This document shows positions 38,626 to 52,756 of a stretch of DNA of 64,000 nucleotides, piece by piece (the stretch's first letter is position 1; every line of letters starts with the position of its first letter). Below the pieces are notes generated by a model. That model was not told where the DNA came from. It saw only the letters and a program-made list of their open reading frames with translations, and did no database searches. Position numbers and translations under genes: made by a program. Source of the stretch: Lama guanicoe (Eukaryota). The stretch is from positions 1,984,001-2,048,000 of the forward strand of contig MU053758.1 in NCBI GenBank assembly GCA_013239625.1, given 5' to 3'.

Positions 38626-39009
38626 TGTCCTCTGACAGTCTTAACTGTGACATCTATGCATTAGAATTATTGCAATTACTGATATATTCTTTTTTTGTTA
38701 AATTGTCTACTTGGGTCCTTCTTTTTATGATTATTTTTTCTCATCTCTCTTAACTTCGTTTTGATTGCTTGCTTTTTTATCACTACATTTTCCCCCTTCT
38801 TAGTTTGGAAGCTAAATATTTTATTCCTGGACTTTTAGTGGTTGATCTAAAAATTTATCATGCATATTTAACTTAACAAAGTTCAGAGTAAATCATTATC
38901 CTTTTGCCTTTTCCAAATACTGTCAGGACTTTAAAACACTTCAGTTCCGATCACCCACCTTCTTACTCATATGTTACTGGATTGTGTATTTTAGCTCTAT
39001 CTTACTGAG

Positions 39010-39400
39010 TTTTGTTTTTTTTCTGTAAGGTTTTTATTATGCACAGAGAAGGGTGGGGAATCAGTCTCTTGGCAACCGCTTTCATCATGGTGGCCAGGAC
39101 ATTGCTCAGTTCTCTTGCTTCCTCTTGGCGCAGATATGTGTTCCCAATGTCTTCTGGATGAACTTGAGGGCTTGTCCTTGGAGATCTTGAATAACTCCGT
39201 GGCACGCTGCTCATTTACGGCAAAACTGCACACCTCTTGGATTGTGTCCTGAGGAAACTTGGTGTGCTTGATGAGATGCCGGCAGCCACAGCTGTGTCTT
39301 GGCTTGTCATGATCTTGCTCACTTTCTGGCCCTCATTGAGTCCAAGGCCACGGGGTAGCACAGAATCATGGCTGGACCCGTACTGCAGTCCCTGGGGCCA
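39010..39400 (-). pseudogene. RPL36: RPL36 processed pseudogene (frameshifted)
   Basis: ATG at 39369 (MILCYPVA...), then KHTKF..., ELFKISKDK and [17 protein letters not shown] with stop at 39061-39063. AATAAA at 39033-39038 and A tail at 39010-39022. Confidence 0.9.
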
Positions 39401-40827
39401 TATAGCAGCAGATAGCCTCTTGTTAGTTTTTTTAATGCCGTAGAATGCTACTATAGTTGTATGTAGCCAATAGCAGATGAGATTAAATAGACAGTCTATA
39501 TTTGATTAATTATTTTACCCCTTATCATTCTACCCTCCTTTTTATTTGTTTGAAATTCCTTCTTTTTTACCTTTGTTCTTTATAGATTTTCAGTGGGTAT
39601 GGAATTCTAGATTGATAATTTCCTCTCATCACATTGAAGGTATCTTTCCATGATCTTCTTACCTTTGTTGTTGCTCTTGAGAAGTCAGCTATCAGTCTAA
39701 TTGTTGTAGCTTTGAAGTTATCTGACTTTTCTCTCTGTTTTTACGATCTAGTTTCTGTCTTTGGTGTTCTGCAGTTTTATTATGATGTGTTTCTTTTATT
39801 TCTGTTAGGAATTCATTGGGATTCTTGAATCTGAGTTTTCTTTTACTTTCCATTTCTTCGTTTCAGTGTGCCTACAGCCTGAGTCATTTCTTCAGGTATC
39901 TTCTAGTTCACTAATTCTCTCTTCAGTGTGTCTCATTGGCTATTAAATCTGTCTGCTGAGTTTTAAATTTTAATTATTACATTTTTCATTTCTGGAATTT
40001 TATTGTTTTAAACTGCTTGATCATTTTTGTAACTCATTATTTACTCATTATTTTTTATTTCTTAAAAACTCTAAGATGGTTATTTTATATCATGTTTCTG
40101 ATAATTCCTATATCTAAAGTTTCTGTAAATCAGATTCTGCTGTCTGTATTCTTCTCTTGCCCCTGGTGCTTAGTTTCCTTGGGTTTTGTGATTTTCTTTT
40201 TGACTGTGGGTTTATATTTCTTAAAATTTTATCTCTGGTAATTTTAGAGGGGCCTGAAATAAAGGTGGGTTCATGTAAGATGATTTGCATTAGCTTCTTC
40301 CAGCACTTTGAGCTCTTAGGACCATTTCATACTACATTCTCCACTGGAGACTTTTCAGACCATCCAACTAATGTTAATCTGCGCTGCAAAGTTGTATTAA
40401 GTCTAGCTTTGTTTGTTTTGTTTTGCTTCACATTTTCAGGAGTTTATTTCACTTTCCTGTGGTATCAAGAATCAAGACAGCCCATTTTGGTTGCAGACTC
40501 TCTAGGTGGAAGGATTTGATTTATTTCTAGATTAGTCTAACAGCCTTACCTATATGAGAAGGTATCCAATTAGAGAGACAGACTTAGGCAGACTCTGTTT
40601 CAAGTCCCTGGAGCTCCTTGAGGTCTTGAAAACCGAGAGCTAACTGGCTTGATAATTTCTCCACGTATCTCTCTGGGTTCCTACTGGAACTTGGTTTTGG
40701 CTGAATATTGCTTATTCAGGAGAAGACATTTTTAGTATTTTATCCAGAATTTTCAGTTTTCGGCAGGAGAGTTAGGTAGTGTGCCTGAGTTTATTACACC
40801 ATCTGAAGTGGAAATCTGTATGACTTC

Positions 40828-40917
40828 TTTTTCTTTCTTCATGTTGGTACTGGGGATTGAACCTGGGGCCTCATACATGCTAAGCACACACTCTACCACT
40901 GAGCTATACCCACCCCC
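40828..40917 (-). mobile_element. tRNA-derived SINE (short form)
   Basis: gtactggggattgaacctgggg...gagctataccc; TSD ctgtat(g/c)act. Confidence 0.88.
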
Positions 40918-43269
40918 TGTATCACTAATTTTTCAATAATATTCTTAAAGTTTCTCTAGAAAATAATCAGGCCTTTATGTGCATTGCTTTAATGTGCCAA
41001 GTCTTATTCTTTCCTCTCAATATCCTATCCTTTAAGTATGACACATACTCATTGAATTTTAGCATATGAAATGCATATCTTTGGCTGATGAAGAATCATG
41101 TAATGTTAGGCCTGTGAAGAGATTTCAAGGGCAGCTGAGGTCTGCAATGTTCATGCAGTTTGGAATTATTTTTGCCTCTTGTTTTCTCTTACGGTTTAAA
41201 CTTCAATTTTTAAGTATGTCTAAAGAGCCCTGTTTATTTTCCTCATTAACATTTCTGATAAACAGCAGTTTAATGTTTATTAAAGGAACATTTTTAAGGA
41301 CTGCATGAGCACACTGGATGGTCTCCATTTTCAGCGTGTCTAGTTTTGAAGCACATAATAGAAGCATTTTGAGCATCTGATTCTCCACATTTTATCAAAT
41401 AACATATTTCATTTTCTATGAATGCACTGATTATTGCAGCAACAGTCAAGAAAACATGGCAAAGAGGAGAGGAGATGGACTCAATCCTCTCTTCTTCTAT
41501 TTCTCAACTTGAAAGGGCCTTTCTTTTTTCTCACTTTCCTTCTATTTCCTAAGACTAGCCTGGAGGAAGCCATCTCCCCTCCTCCTGAAAGCGAACAAAG
41601 ATGGTACTCTTCTTTTCCTGCTTTCAGTGGCATCCTCCCAGGTGACCTGCTTCGATCATGATGCTTTCCGAGACATCATTTTCTCCTTTTTTTTCCTCTT
41701 CAATCTCTCTGGTTTCTCCTTGCCTCCTCCTTCTCAGATCTCTTTAAATTTCAGTGCTCCTTAATGCCTCAAGGCACTTTCTCTTCTCCATCCAAACACC
41801 CCGATTCGTGGCTCCAACCACTGCCTTATATTGGTGATTCACAAAGATACATCTCCAGGTCAGCCTCCTGGTGAGCTCCAGATCCCTGTATCCAACTACA
41901 TGCTGGACATCTCCACCTGGATGGCCTCTGGGCTTCTCAACCCAATATGTCCCGAACTCACTTTACCTAGCTCTCCACCTCCACTGATATCTGCTTCTCT
42001 TCCTGCTTGTTTTGGCCAGAAACTGGCAATCCTTCTAGACCATTCTGTTTCCTTATTTCCTTATCGCCTTCTTCCTCTAAGGCTGAATAGTTCTTTCTTC
42101 ATATATATAATTATGTATATATTTATATCACATTACATTATATTATATGTTACATTACATCATATTATATTACTATATATCCATTCTCTATTCCATTACA
42201 ACTTACATCCAACCTGGCCCTTATCCTTTCTTGCTTAGGCCACTATATTTGCATCTTAATTTATCTTCCCGATTCCCATAACATCCTCCTCTAAGCCATC
42301 CTCCACACTGCCTCCAGGAGTCCTCCAGAGTGATTGTTCTAACATGCAAATCCGATAATATCTTTCCCTTGCTTAAAATCCTTCACTGGTGCCCTCACCT
42401 TAAAGACACGATTAGAATCCCTCGGGGTAGCACGCATGTTCCCCCAGCCCATTTTGGCACATGGCTCTCCTGTACCTCGCCGCACTGGCGCTTGTGTGCC
42501 AGCAGAGTGAACAGCTCCCAGTTCCCAAAGGCCCCAGGCCCTTGCACACCAGTCTGCTTTGCTGGGAACACTTTCCTCTTTTTGCCCACTTCTCAGTCAG
42601 CTCATTCCTGTTTATTCTTCCAGACTCAACTCAACATCACCTCCTCTTGAAAGCCTCCCTTGAAAGCTACTCCTCTCCCTTCCTTGGTCTGAATTAGTCC
42701 CCTCCCTTGAGCACTTTTATATCTTAGTGCTTTATCTGTCAGTAGACGGGTTCAGTCTACTCACGAGCTCTTTGAGAGCAGGAACCATTTTCTCCTCTTT
42801 TTGGGATCTTTGGCACCTGCTGTGGTACCGGTGCTGGGCATGGCCGGCGTTTTAATCGATTAGTGTTTCTTGATTGACTTTTTGATCCCAAGTTCTGTTT
42901 ATTAGATGTGTGATTGTAGGTGAGTCATTTAACCTCCTTGTGTTTTAGTAGAAATAATCATAATATGCCCATCACAAGGATTAAATGAGATAAAACATAC
43001 TAAAATTTTTCTCTCCGATAGTTGCTTGTTCTCTTCCTGTAAGTGTTGGCACTCCTCAAGACTCTGCCCTCGGGCCTCTTGTTTCCTCTCTTCTCTGCTT
43101 GGTGATCTCACCAACTCCCATGATCACCAGAATCTCTTTGCAGATGCCTCCTAGTCTGTACTTTTAGTGCCAAGCTGCTTCCTGAACTTTGGCTGCATGT
43201 ATACTGGACACTACTTTGAGTGGTCCTGTTGGGATCTGAAACTCAAAATGTCTAAAATGAAAATTATTC

Positions 43270-43842
43270 TGTAAGCAGATAGAGTAGGGGGGTCCCCAGA
43301 AAAAGAGAACCAGGCATGGCTTTCTTGACATAAGAGAAGACATTTTTGACCTAAGCTATTTTATGGTCTAAGCCTGGCCGCAGGCTGGCCCTTGACCAGG
43401 TCTCAGTAATTGATAATCTCCAGGGAACAAGAGAATGCAAAAACATTGCCTGTGATCAGGTAAGAGAAGTAAGGATAGCAAAGATAACATATCAGTTGTA
43501 AAGACTCCGAGTTCTGTCTCAAAAGTAAAGATAAGCCTGAAGCGCTCAACCCCCAGATCAACTGGAACCTAGGGGATGATGACGTTGACCTTTTCTGAAC
43601 CTCCTATCTTTAATCGTCTAAAGCTTGGACTGCCTACCGCTCAAGCCCCTGTGTGAATATGCATATACCCTTAGCTTAAACTTACCCAATTTTGCTGTTT
43701 GGGAAGACACAGCTGTGGGAAAGACCCCTGATGTCCTTCTTACTTGCTGCAAGTAATAAACCCTTCCTTCTCGCGATCTTTGGCTAGGTTGTGTCTTTGG
43801 GCTCAATATCCACCAAGAGCTGAGCCCACTTTTGGGGTAACA
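43270..43842 (+). mobile_element. ERV solo LTR (family B)
   Basis: TGTAAG...GTAACA termini; AATAAA ~43755; lies within L2-like sequence. Confidence 0.85.
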
Positions 43843-46800
43843 ATCCTGCCTTTTCCCACTGACCTGCTTCTCCCTTGTTTGTCTTACTTCGGTTAGTGGC
43901 CCTACCACTCTCCCAGGCATCCTAGATTCCTTGCTCTTCCTTTCCTCCCACATCCAGTCACTTGCCAAGTTCTAGAGATGCTTTTACTGAAGTTTCTACC
44001 ATCTCCATCCCTACAGAAAGAACTCATTAGCTCACCTCTAAACCATCTCCGTAGCTTATCACAGGAGTGGTTTTTCTCTCCCCCTCATCTCTCTTTTTTA
44101 AACAGTTATTGAGTACCTACTATGTGCCAGGCACTATTTATTGAACACTTACTATATGTCAGGCAATAGGGAAACAGAAAATTAATGCAGTGCAGGCTCA
44201 TTTCCCAAGCTGTTTGGAGCAAGCAGAAGGCTTATTCCAAGAGGCTCAGGTTCCGGTGGGGGTCACAGATAAATAAGCAGACATTTTTAAAGAGCATACA
44301 CCCTGCGCCTGCCAGCTGGTCTCCTGGCCTCTATTTTTTGCCTCCATTCCAATCCATGCCACTTGCTGTGCCCCATTAACATTCCTAAGGTACAGTAACA
44401 ATTCTTCCAGGTCCCTTTATCAGCTCTCCATTGGATGAAATGAGATAAAGCATACTAAAAATTTTCTCAAGAAACACACAAGAACATTGTGTGTTCTTAT
44501 GACTCTTCAAAAAACGCCCCAGCCAGCTTCGGCAGATGCACCTCCACGGTTTTCCCCTTCTTGCCATCCACCACAGCCCATCTTCCACCTGGAGTTCTCT
44601 GAAACTGCTCTATTCCTGTCTCTGCCTTTCTTCTTATAGTCCCCTCTCCCATCACCTCAGCCTGTAAAAAACCCTAACCATGGGTCTATTTTCAGGCCTG
44701 ATTCTAGAAGGTAGAACTCTTTCCACAGTACTTCAAACCCCTTGGTCATCTTCATGGTGCCCAGAAGACAGATGATTCGATGAGCAAACCCATCTGCTGG
44801 AGACGCAGAGAGCTGCAGCATCACCCAGGCTTCTGGGGTTAACAGGCAAACCCTGAGAGCCGCCAGCAGCAGTAACCAGGGCTCACAGGAAGAGGCAGAC
44901 AGCCCAGAGCAGTCAGGGGCACCTTGGACTCATGGAAGAAGAATGCAGACAGGACCAAGGTCAGCTACACTCATAAAGGGCCATGACCAGTGTCACAGTG
45001 AGGAGGAACTAGAGAGCAGGACCCAGGGTATGGCCTCTAAAACCTGTTGCAAGCATCAGGTAGAGCAAACTGCACCAAGTTCTGGGAAACAGTCTGTTTA
45101 TACCTCACGTGCCACCTCCCCCATCAACGCTTTCCTGCTGTCCCCCAGTCACGCATAACTGCTATTGCCTTCCAACTCCCAGGACGTGTTCTTTTTACAT
45201 CTGCTGTGCCAGTTGGTGTGTTCTGCCTTGCAGATCTACTTATTTGTGTACTTTGTTCTATCCGCTCTACTAGATTTCCAGGCTCCTTAGGAGGGAGCTT
45301 TCAAGCCCTGCGGCATGGGAGAAGGAGATTACTAAGTATTTGCAGGCTTGAATACAGAGAAATGTCTTCCACTGTAATATGACAGGGACTATATTCTATC
45401 CTTGGTACCCTCCGTGGTGACTCACAGGGCGACTTTACATGTGCAAGTGCATGTTCTCAAGAAACGCTGCTGATTGATGGATTCAGCCCCTGAAGGGATT
45501 ATACAGTCTTTTCCATAATATCCCAGTGCAGGATGAATTTCTGAACCTAATAGAAAGTTGCACAACAAAAATCAGATGAAATTTTTTAAAAAATCAAGCA
45601 TTTGGTTCCGGACGTGTATGGAAACCCCTAACTCAGTATCTGACGTGTAGTAGCTGTGCTGAGTTAATGTTATTCCATGCACAGACAACAGCCAACAAGG
45701 TGACAAGTTCTGAGATAGCACATCTGGGAAGAATGGGTTAGGTAATGTTTTCCAGCAGATAAAATTTTTTTCAGGAGTGAGGGGCCGGAATGGAGTGTCC
45801 ACGTGGCCAGGCAGCCAGGTCCTTGTGATGTTGGACTGCCAGAGGGGCATTCCTGGATTTAGCAGATAATGACAGTACTCTCCCCACATCATGTGGAAAG
45901 GCCAAAGGCAGCGAGGGAATGCTTCATTCCCCTGTGACAGTGATGTAAATTTTGCAATTTTCCTGGGTATTTTCTCGATAACCTCTCTCCTAGGGTCATT
46001 ATTTTGAGGGAGTCAAGAGCACAGGTTTTGAGCATCCTTCTTTAGAGATACATGCTGAACTATTTATGGATGAAACGACATGGTGTCCAAATTTGTTCCA
46101 AACTAATCCCATAAAGGAAAACCAGTGGGCATAGAGCTGCAACAAGGTAGCCTTGTGTGGATGGTCATTATAATTTGGTGGTGGGTATATGGCAGTTCAT
46201 GCTGCTAGTTTGTGGTGGTTTGGTATATGTTGGAGATTTTCCGTAATAAACATTTCGTTTTGTTTTTTTAAAGCACAGATTTTAGAGCAGGACAGATCTA
46301 GGTTCAAATCCCTTCCTGCTATTTTTTTGGCTGGGTGATCTTTTCATCTATTTCTTCTGAGCTCCATTTCCTCACTCTTAAAATGTTAGAATAATTCCTG
46401 GCTTGAAAAATGGTTGCAAGTATACAAAGCACTGGGGGCAAAGCCTGGAGATGGTTGGAAATCAATAATGCTACTATGAGTTTACTTGAGCCTAACTGTG
46501 CTAATTATTGCAACTCTTAGGAACAACTTGTGCATGATTACTAGCAGAGGGCTGGCCTGCTGTCTTGCCTGCGGGGCTTGACACAGCTTCAGCAGATGAA
46601 ATGGAACTGGGGATCAAATTATAGGCTTCAGATCCTTTACTAAAACTCCTGGAGTGCATTTCTTCTGTTACTACTTTTTATACTGTTTGTGTGTGTGTGT
46701 GTGTTGTTGAAGCATAGTCGACTTACAATGTTATATTGGTTCCAGGTGTACGACATAGTATTTTATTATTTTTTGATGTTGAAAATGGCAGTGGGAGGAG

Positions 46801-47970
46801 GGAAGAGGCAGTGGTAGGCTTTGCTCATGCTACTGCTTTTGGTTGTCACTGTTTCTCGGTTCACAGCTCTGTTGCCAGTGTGAGGGGTCAGACCAGGAAA
46901 GCAGACCCCTAAAGTCCAATGTCAGGGTGGTGGTAGGTGGGGGGGGTCCCACCTGCAGATCTCTCTTCCTGTTTTCTGTCCTGCCCTTCCATCTGTTAGC
47001 AGGCGGCCAGCATTTCACAGGCTATCCTGGGACTCGGAGTTCTGTCTACCCGGGCACATTTTCAGGCTCTGGCTGGCAAGGCAGCCCCGTCAATTTTTGC
47101 AGAGGAGCCTGTGCTGGAGGAAGGAGAGTGAGAGCACAAGGAATTCATTAGCGTCCCAGATTCTTCTTCTTCTTTCCTCTCTTTGCCTCCCCCCACCACT
47201 CCCACCCCTACCCCAGCAACTTCTTTTTTCCCTTTAGAGTGGCTGTCAAAGCCAGGCCAGAAGTATGCTTTTTCTGGTGTCTTTTCTAAAGACCTAGCGT
47301 TCAGCCCTCCTTGGATGAGAACCTGTTAGCGCAGCAGGCAGATGATTAGCCTTTCAGCCGAGGGAGGCTTCATGGTGAATGGAAATGCAGGCGTTTGCTG
47401 CAGCCGAGGCCCTGCAGCCACATCAGCAAGGCAGTGCACACCAAGCAGGCAAGGTTTACCGGGGTCAGACTGCAGGAAGTGCTAGGCCGTGGAGGTGGGA
47501 GGAGGGGTGTAGGTAGATTAGGGCTCCCTTCCCCATGAAGCAGTGAGGAACCTGCTGGACCCGTACCTGTGGTCTCTTCTTAGAGACCCATGCAAGCCAG
47601 TCCATCCTTTCAGCCTAGCTCCTCCTCTATGAGGACCCCAAACTCAAGGACAGAAATTAGGATGAACAGATTTCTCCTCATTTAATGGAAAAAAATCCTA
47701 ATAACCATGTGGCCAACAATGGGGCACACTGCCTAGGAAGGTAATGAACGCCCCGTGACTTTGGTATTCAAGAATATTGCAGAGAGAAGACCTGTCATAG
47801 GTGGGAGTTTAGCGCCCATGCCCTCCAAAGCCTTTTTACTTGTATGGGTTCCCATGGGGTTAAGAGCATGAACTTGGAGACATCATAAGCCCATAGTTCA
47901 AGTCCTGGCCCTGCAGTTAGTTGGGTGGCCATGGGCAAGTCACTTAATGTTTTTATTTAAAATAAATGAT

Positions 47971-48090
47971 GGGAGCAGATTATAGCTCAGTATTAGAGTG
48001 CTTGACATGCACAAAGTCCTGGGTTTAATCCCCAGTACCTCCATTAATAAATAAACCTAATTACCCGCCTGCCAACACACACAAAAAAGA
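47971..48090 (+). mobile_element. tRNA-derived SINE
   Basis: TSD aaaataaatgat. Confidence 0.88.
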
Positions 48091-48379
48091 CCAAAAATAA
48101 AATAAATGATAGAGGCGTATTTTATTTTTCTGGTAATGGATGATCATTGTTAAAAGAACAATTTATTGTGGACACTTTCCATTGCAATACATTTACTTTT
48201 AACTTATTCTTGTTAATAGCTATATCCTGAGCTCCTTTAGACCATGGCTTCCTCATCTGTAAAACCGAGTAACAATGAAATTGGGGAGATGATGTAGAGA
48301 TTAAACAAGGGAAGGTACAGAAAGTGCTTAGCTTTTAGTTAGTCATCTAAAGCATGTTGATAACCGATCATTATTTGAA

Positions 48380-48770
48380 ACCAGCACGGTCCAATAGAAG
48401 ATAATGTGAGTCTCATAGGTAATTCAAATTTTTCTAGTAGGCACATTAAAAAAGTGAAATTAATTTTAAAAATTTATTTAACCCAGCATACACAAAATAT
48501 GATAATGTTAACATATAATCAGTATAAAATTATTAATGAGAGAAGTTTACAATAATCTTTTGGGTTCTAAGTCGAGGTATTGGGGATTGAACCCAGGACC
48601 TTATGCATGCTAAGCATGCACTCTACCACTGAGATATAACCCCACCCCCAATAAGTTTTTAAAATCCAGAGCGTATGATGAATTTATAGCCCATCTCAAT
48701 GTGGACTGGCTACATTTTAAGTGCTCGAAGGTCACATGTAGCTAGTGGCTACCATACTGAAGAGTGCAGC
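48380..48770. mobile_element. MER3/MER33-like hAT transposon interrupted by a SINE (~48570-48649)
   Basis: cagcacggtccaataga...cacatgtagctagtggctaccatactga. Confidence 0.7.
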
Positions 48771-49711
48771 TCTAAATCTTTCATCTTAGTTCTCCTTTGA
48801 GTTACCATAACTCTGAGGGTTTAGTCTGCTTACCATAAATATGGATTAGATTGTATTGCTCTCTGTCTTGAAGGATATCATCTTGGCTCACTGACTCTAC
48901 CGTAAATACCATAAATGCAACTAGTTCCTATTTTCTGTATTTCTAAAGCTCCTGCTTTCCTGGGCCCAGGATAGCTGCCCCCAGTAGTGCGTTCTGATTG
49001 ATGTCCTTGGGAATCCAACAAGGTTACTGGCTTCCTTTCTACCTTCTGATTGAAATGTTTATGAGAGGCTTAGTACTTCCTGGTCCATGGAAGATGCTCC
49101 CGAAGTGTTAGCTGTCATTGGTATATTATTGGTGGTGGGTGGAGTTGAAGTTCTGGTGTGATCGTCTGGTCAGAGGCAGTGGGGCCTGGAAAAGCCATTC
49201 AGTGCTCTAAGCTTCTTTTATCCTCAGTGTGAGATGCAAGTTTCCACCCTGCCAACCTCAAAGAACTACGATGCTCAGATGAGATACTATATTGAGAAAG
49301 TGTTTTGAAAACTAAGAAGATTTATAGATATCAAGTGTGATTGTACTTATACTAAACTCAGTATCATGCTTGGCCTTGGGCTGTGTAGGGGGTCCTGATG
49401 GCCCCAAAGGCAACAGAGCTGAAGAAGTGTTTTGAAAGCTGAAAAGCCCTGAAGGAGGGATCCTTTGATTATGAATGAGAGCGGAGGTGGAAAAGGGGGC
49501 CCCGTTGATGCCAAACTGGTGAGGAGCTTTGCTTTACTGGAGCGAATGGAAATACAAGTGCTGTGTGAGAGCTGTACTCATTCAGGTTCTCATAATTGCC
49601 AGTTGTCAAATATACATAGTTGCTTGAAAAGAAGGGACTCAGATGGAAATAACAGAAATCACCGTGGTGGATATTTCTTTAACCATAATCTCCAAGTGAA
49701 GAAGGAGGAGA

Positions 49712-49830
49712 TGGGAGAGGCCATAGCTCAGTGGTAGAGCATGTGCTTAGCTTGCAGGAGGTCCTGGGTTCAATCCCCAGCACCTCCACTAAAATAAATA
49801 AATCTAATTACCTCCCCCTCAAAAAAAAAA
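49712..49830 (+). mobile_element. tRNA-derived SINE
   Basis: atagctcagtggtagagc...gggttcaatcccc...taattacctcccc and A tail. Confidence 0.9.
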
Positions 49831-51444
49831 AGATAACTAGATAAATGTAATTATCTCCACCCCTAGTCCCCCAGGGGGGGAAAAAGGAAAGGAAAAACCT
49901 TAGAGAAGGCCCGTGGGAGCTTTTCTGCTTCTCTAGGGCCTCTGAGTCAGAGGGCTGACGCTTTGGTAAATCTTCATAAACAAAGAGATTCCTTTGTAGC
50001 CCTTTGGTTCTTGACTCTGTTCCGCCCGAGGCCATGGAAGCCATCCCACTCTACTAGGGTGTTTCTATTGTAGAAACCGATTTTCCCCAAGATATTGAGA
50101 ATCTCCATTATGAAGACCCAGCCAGGAAGGAGTCTGTTCCAGAAACGCCTCCGGCACTTGGCTCTGTATTTCCTCATTTTGTGTCCTTTCTTTCTGCAGC
50201 AGGCTGCCTATGAGTCATATATTTGGGTGCTGAAAACTGAGAGTTAATTTGTGCTTTTTTTTCCCTCCTCCAAATAACCAGAAACTGGCAGGCTCTGCCC
50301 TGGGGCCTGTGTGAGTGGGAAATAACTTCCGGGTCCAATGACTCATGGTCTCGCTGCCGGGACTTTGACCACCTGGGCCTCATGGGACTTTGAAAGAATA
50401 TTAAAGGCTTTTCACCTTTCCCTTCCCTTCAAAATATAAGAGTTTTCCATCAAACAGAGAGGGCTTTCTCAGGTGAGGAACAGAAGAGCTTCTGGTTGGG
50501 TTAAGAGGCACGTCTCTTATTCTACTTCGTCTTTTCTACAAAGGTGCCAAGTACCTGTTCTGTGCCAGACCTCATTGTAAGTGATTTATTAGTTTAATCT
50601 ATTTTTAAAGAGGAATTGCAACAATTAATCTAATGTAAGTTTAAAAGGAAATAGGAAAGTAAACCCAGTGCCTCATCTGGTCTACCTATAAAACAGTCAG
50701 TCTTGGGTTCTGAGACCTTCCTTCAAAATTAATCACTAAAGGAAGTTTCCAGGGTTTGATTTCTGCAACATCCCTTTCTCATAATCCTTTTTTCCTTGAA
50801 GGACAGGAAAAAGAGCTAGTGTTTTGAAGATAAATGTGGAAAGCTAAGAATGAAGCGTTTCAGTGCCTGTTTCCTTCAGAGTAATGAGAGCCGCCCCGTT
50901 GCAGGGATGTCTGTTGATCGGTTTCAGTCCCCATCCTGGGAACAGTGGGAAGCATTCCGAGAAGGATGCTTTCTGAGCAGGTCACCCAGCAGAGTGCCTC
51001 CTTCTGGTAGAAGTGGTGTCCAGCCCTAAAGACAGCAGGAAGCACCGTAAAAATCCACTCACTGGTTAATAGGTCATGTTGCATTCAGTTACTAACAAGT
51101 GAAAAAGGAGCCAAGACTTTTGGAGCACTTACTGAGTGCTGTGCTTGGCTCCAAACCCTGGACTGTTTAATCCTCACAAAGCCTGATGAGGCAGGTGCTA
51201 TTCTTCTTATCCCTTCCACTTAACTGAACCAGGAAGTGAGCAGGGACATTGAGTAACTTTGTAAGGTCACAGAGTGGGTAGGTGGCATCACCAGGATTCA
51301 ACTCAGGCCGGTGACATCAGAGCCCACGCGCTACCCACCATATGTGCTGCAGAACCAGCAGCCTTGGCTCTTTCACTTCCTGTGTGGTCTTGGGCGAGGT
51401 TCTTGGCTTTCATGGGGCTTTGTTTTCCATCTGTAAAAGTAAGG

Positions 51445-52198
51445 GATTGCAGGACTGGACAAGAAAGCCATTCCTATAAACTGGGTTCTTACAGATCAGA
51501 AAACATCAGGTAAGAGTCTCTAAGATGTGTGGCCCAAAGGATGGGAGGAGCACCCTAAGAGAGTTTATTTCTCCAAGGCTAAGGCCTACTGAACTGAAGG
51601 TCACCCCATCTGTGTGAGACAGGAGGGAAGGAGGCAGGAAATAACCATTAAAAGAATGACACAGCAACTGAGGATAGGACATAAACTGGTTAGAACCAAC
51701 CAGGCCCAAGATGGTGGAGGATATGCCTTCCAGTGGACCTTGAGCTTCATTATTCTCTCATTGTAATGCATTAACATGCTAAATACACATCCACAGGCAC
51801 CATGACAGTTCTGAGGCTGGCCATAAAAGGCCAAAAAGTGGGCAGCGGCCCAATTCCTAGAAATCCCTGCCTCTTCCCCAAAGTAGTTGGAATAATCCTC
51901 CCACTTATTAGCATGTGAAATTACTGATCCTATAAAAATGAAACTGCTCTCAATAAACTCAGATGCACTGGGTTAAGTGCACCCTAGAGCTGCCTCTCTT
52001 GCCTTCTGAGATGGCCCACAATCTGTCTATGGAGTGTGTATCTCCCTGAATAGACTTGCTTTCACTTTACTATAGCTCACTCTTGAATTCTTCCCTGCAC
52101 GAAGCCAAGGACCCTCACATGACAGGGCATGTCCCAGGGACTCACTCACTCGAGACCTGGGACATGACTATCCTCTTGCACCCCATTTTCCTGCAACA
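51445..52198 (+). mobile_element. ERV solo LTR
   Basis: ttgcagga...tcctgcaaca inverted termini; cccaagatgg; TATAAAA ~51931. Confidence 0.75.
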
Positions 52199-52756
52199 TG
52201 TGGGGCCTCAGAGATTTAAAACTTCCACTTGAAATTAAGACAGTGGTGCCTCTTCCCACCCAATTTCACTTCCTGGCTGGGAAGTGAGTCTTCCATGGAG
52301 GGTTCACAGGGTTTTTGACAGACGGCTGGTCAAGGTGTTGAGGGTGGGAGAGTGGGCACACCTTGGCCTTAGGAACCAAAGCTGAGGGCCAAAGGCCAAC
52401 TGACTTCTAATTGCCTTTTTCCAGTTCTAGCTATCTTGCCAGGGTGACATAGCTGGTGACCTTAAACAAATTTTTGCATTCTGGACCTCAATGGCCTCTT
52501 TCTTAAGGTAGAGATAACAAGAGTGCCTGCCCCACAGGTGATGGTAACTCTCATAAAACAGTACCTGGAACATAGCCAGCACTTAGTAAAATGAGCCACC
52601 ACCACCGCCATCGTCATCTCAGAGGACAAAAGTAAATAGATCAGAGACTTTATAAGGAAGATTGGCTAAGGCCCGGTTTTGTTAGTTTTGGTCCTTCTTT
52701 CACAATGAGAGAGGGCTTGATACAGGAAAATCAAATGTGGGGCGAGAGGAGGGCCG

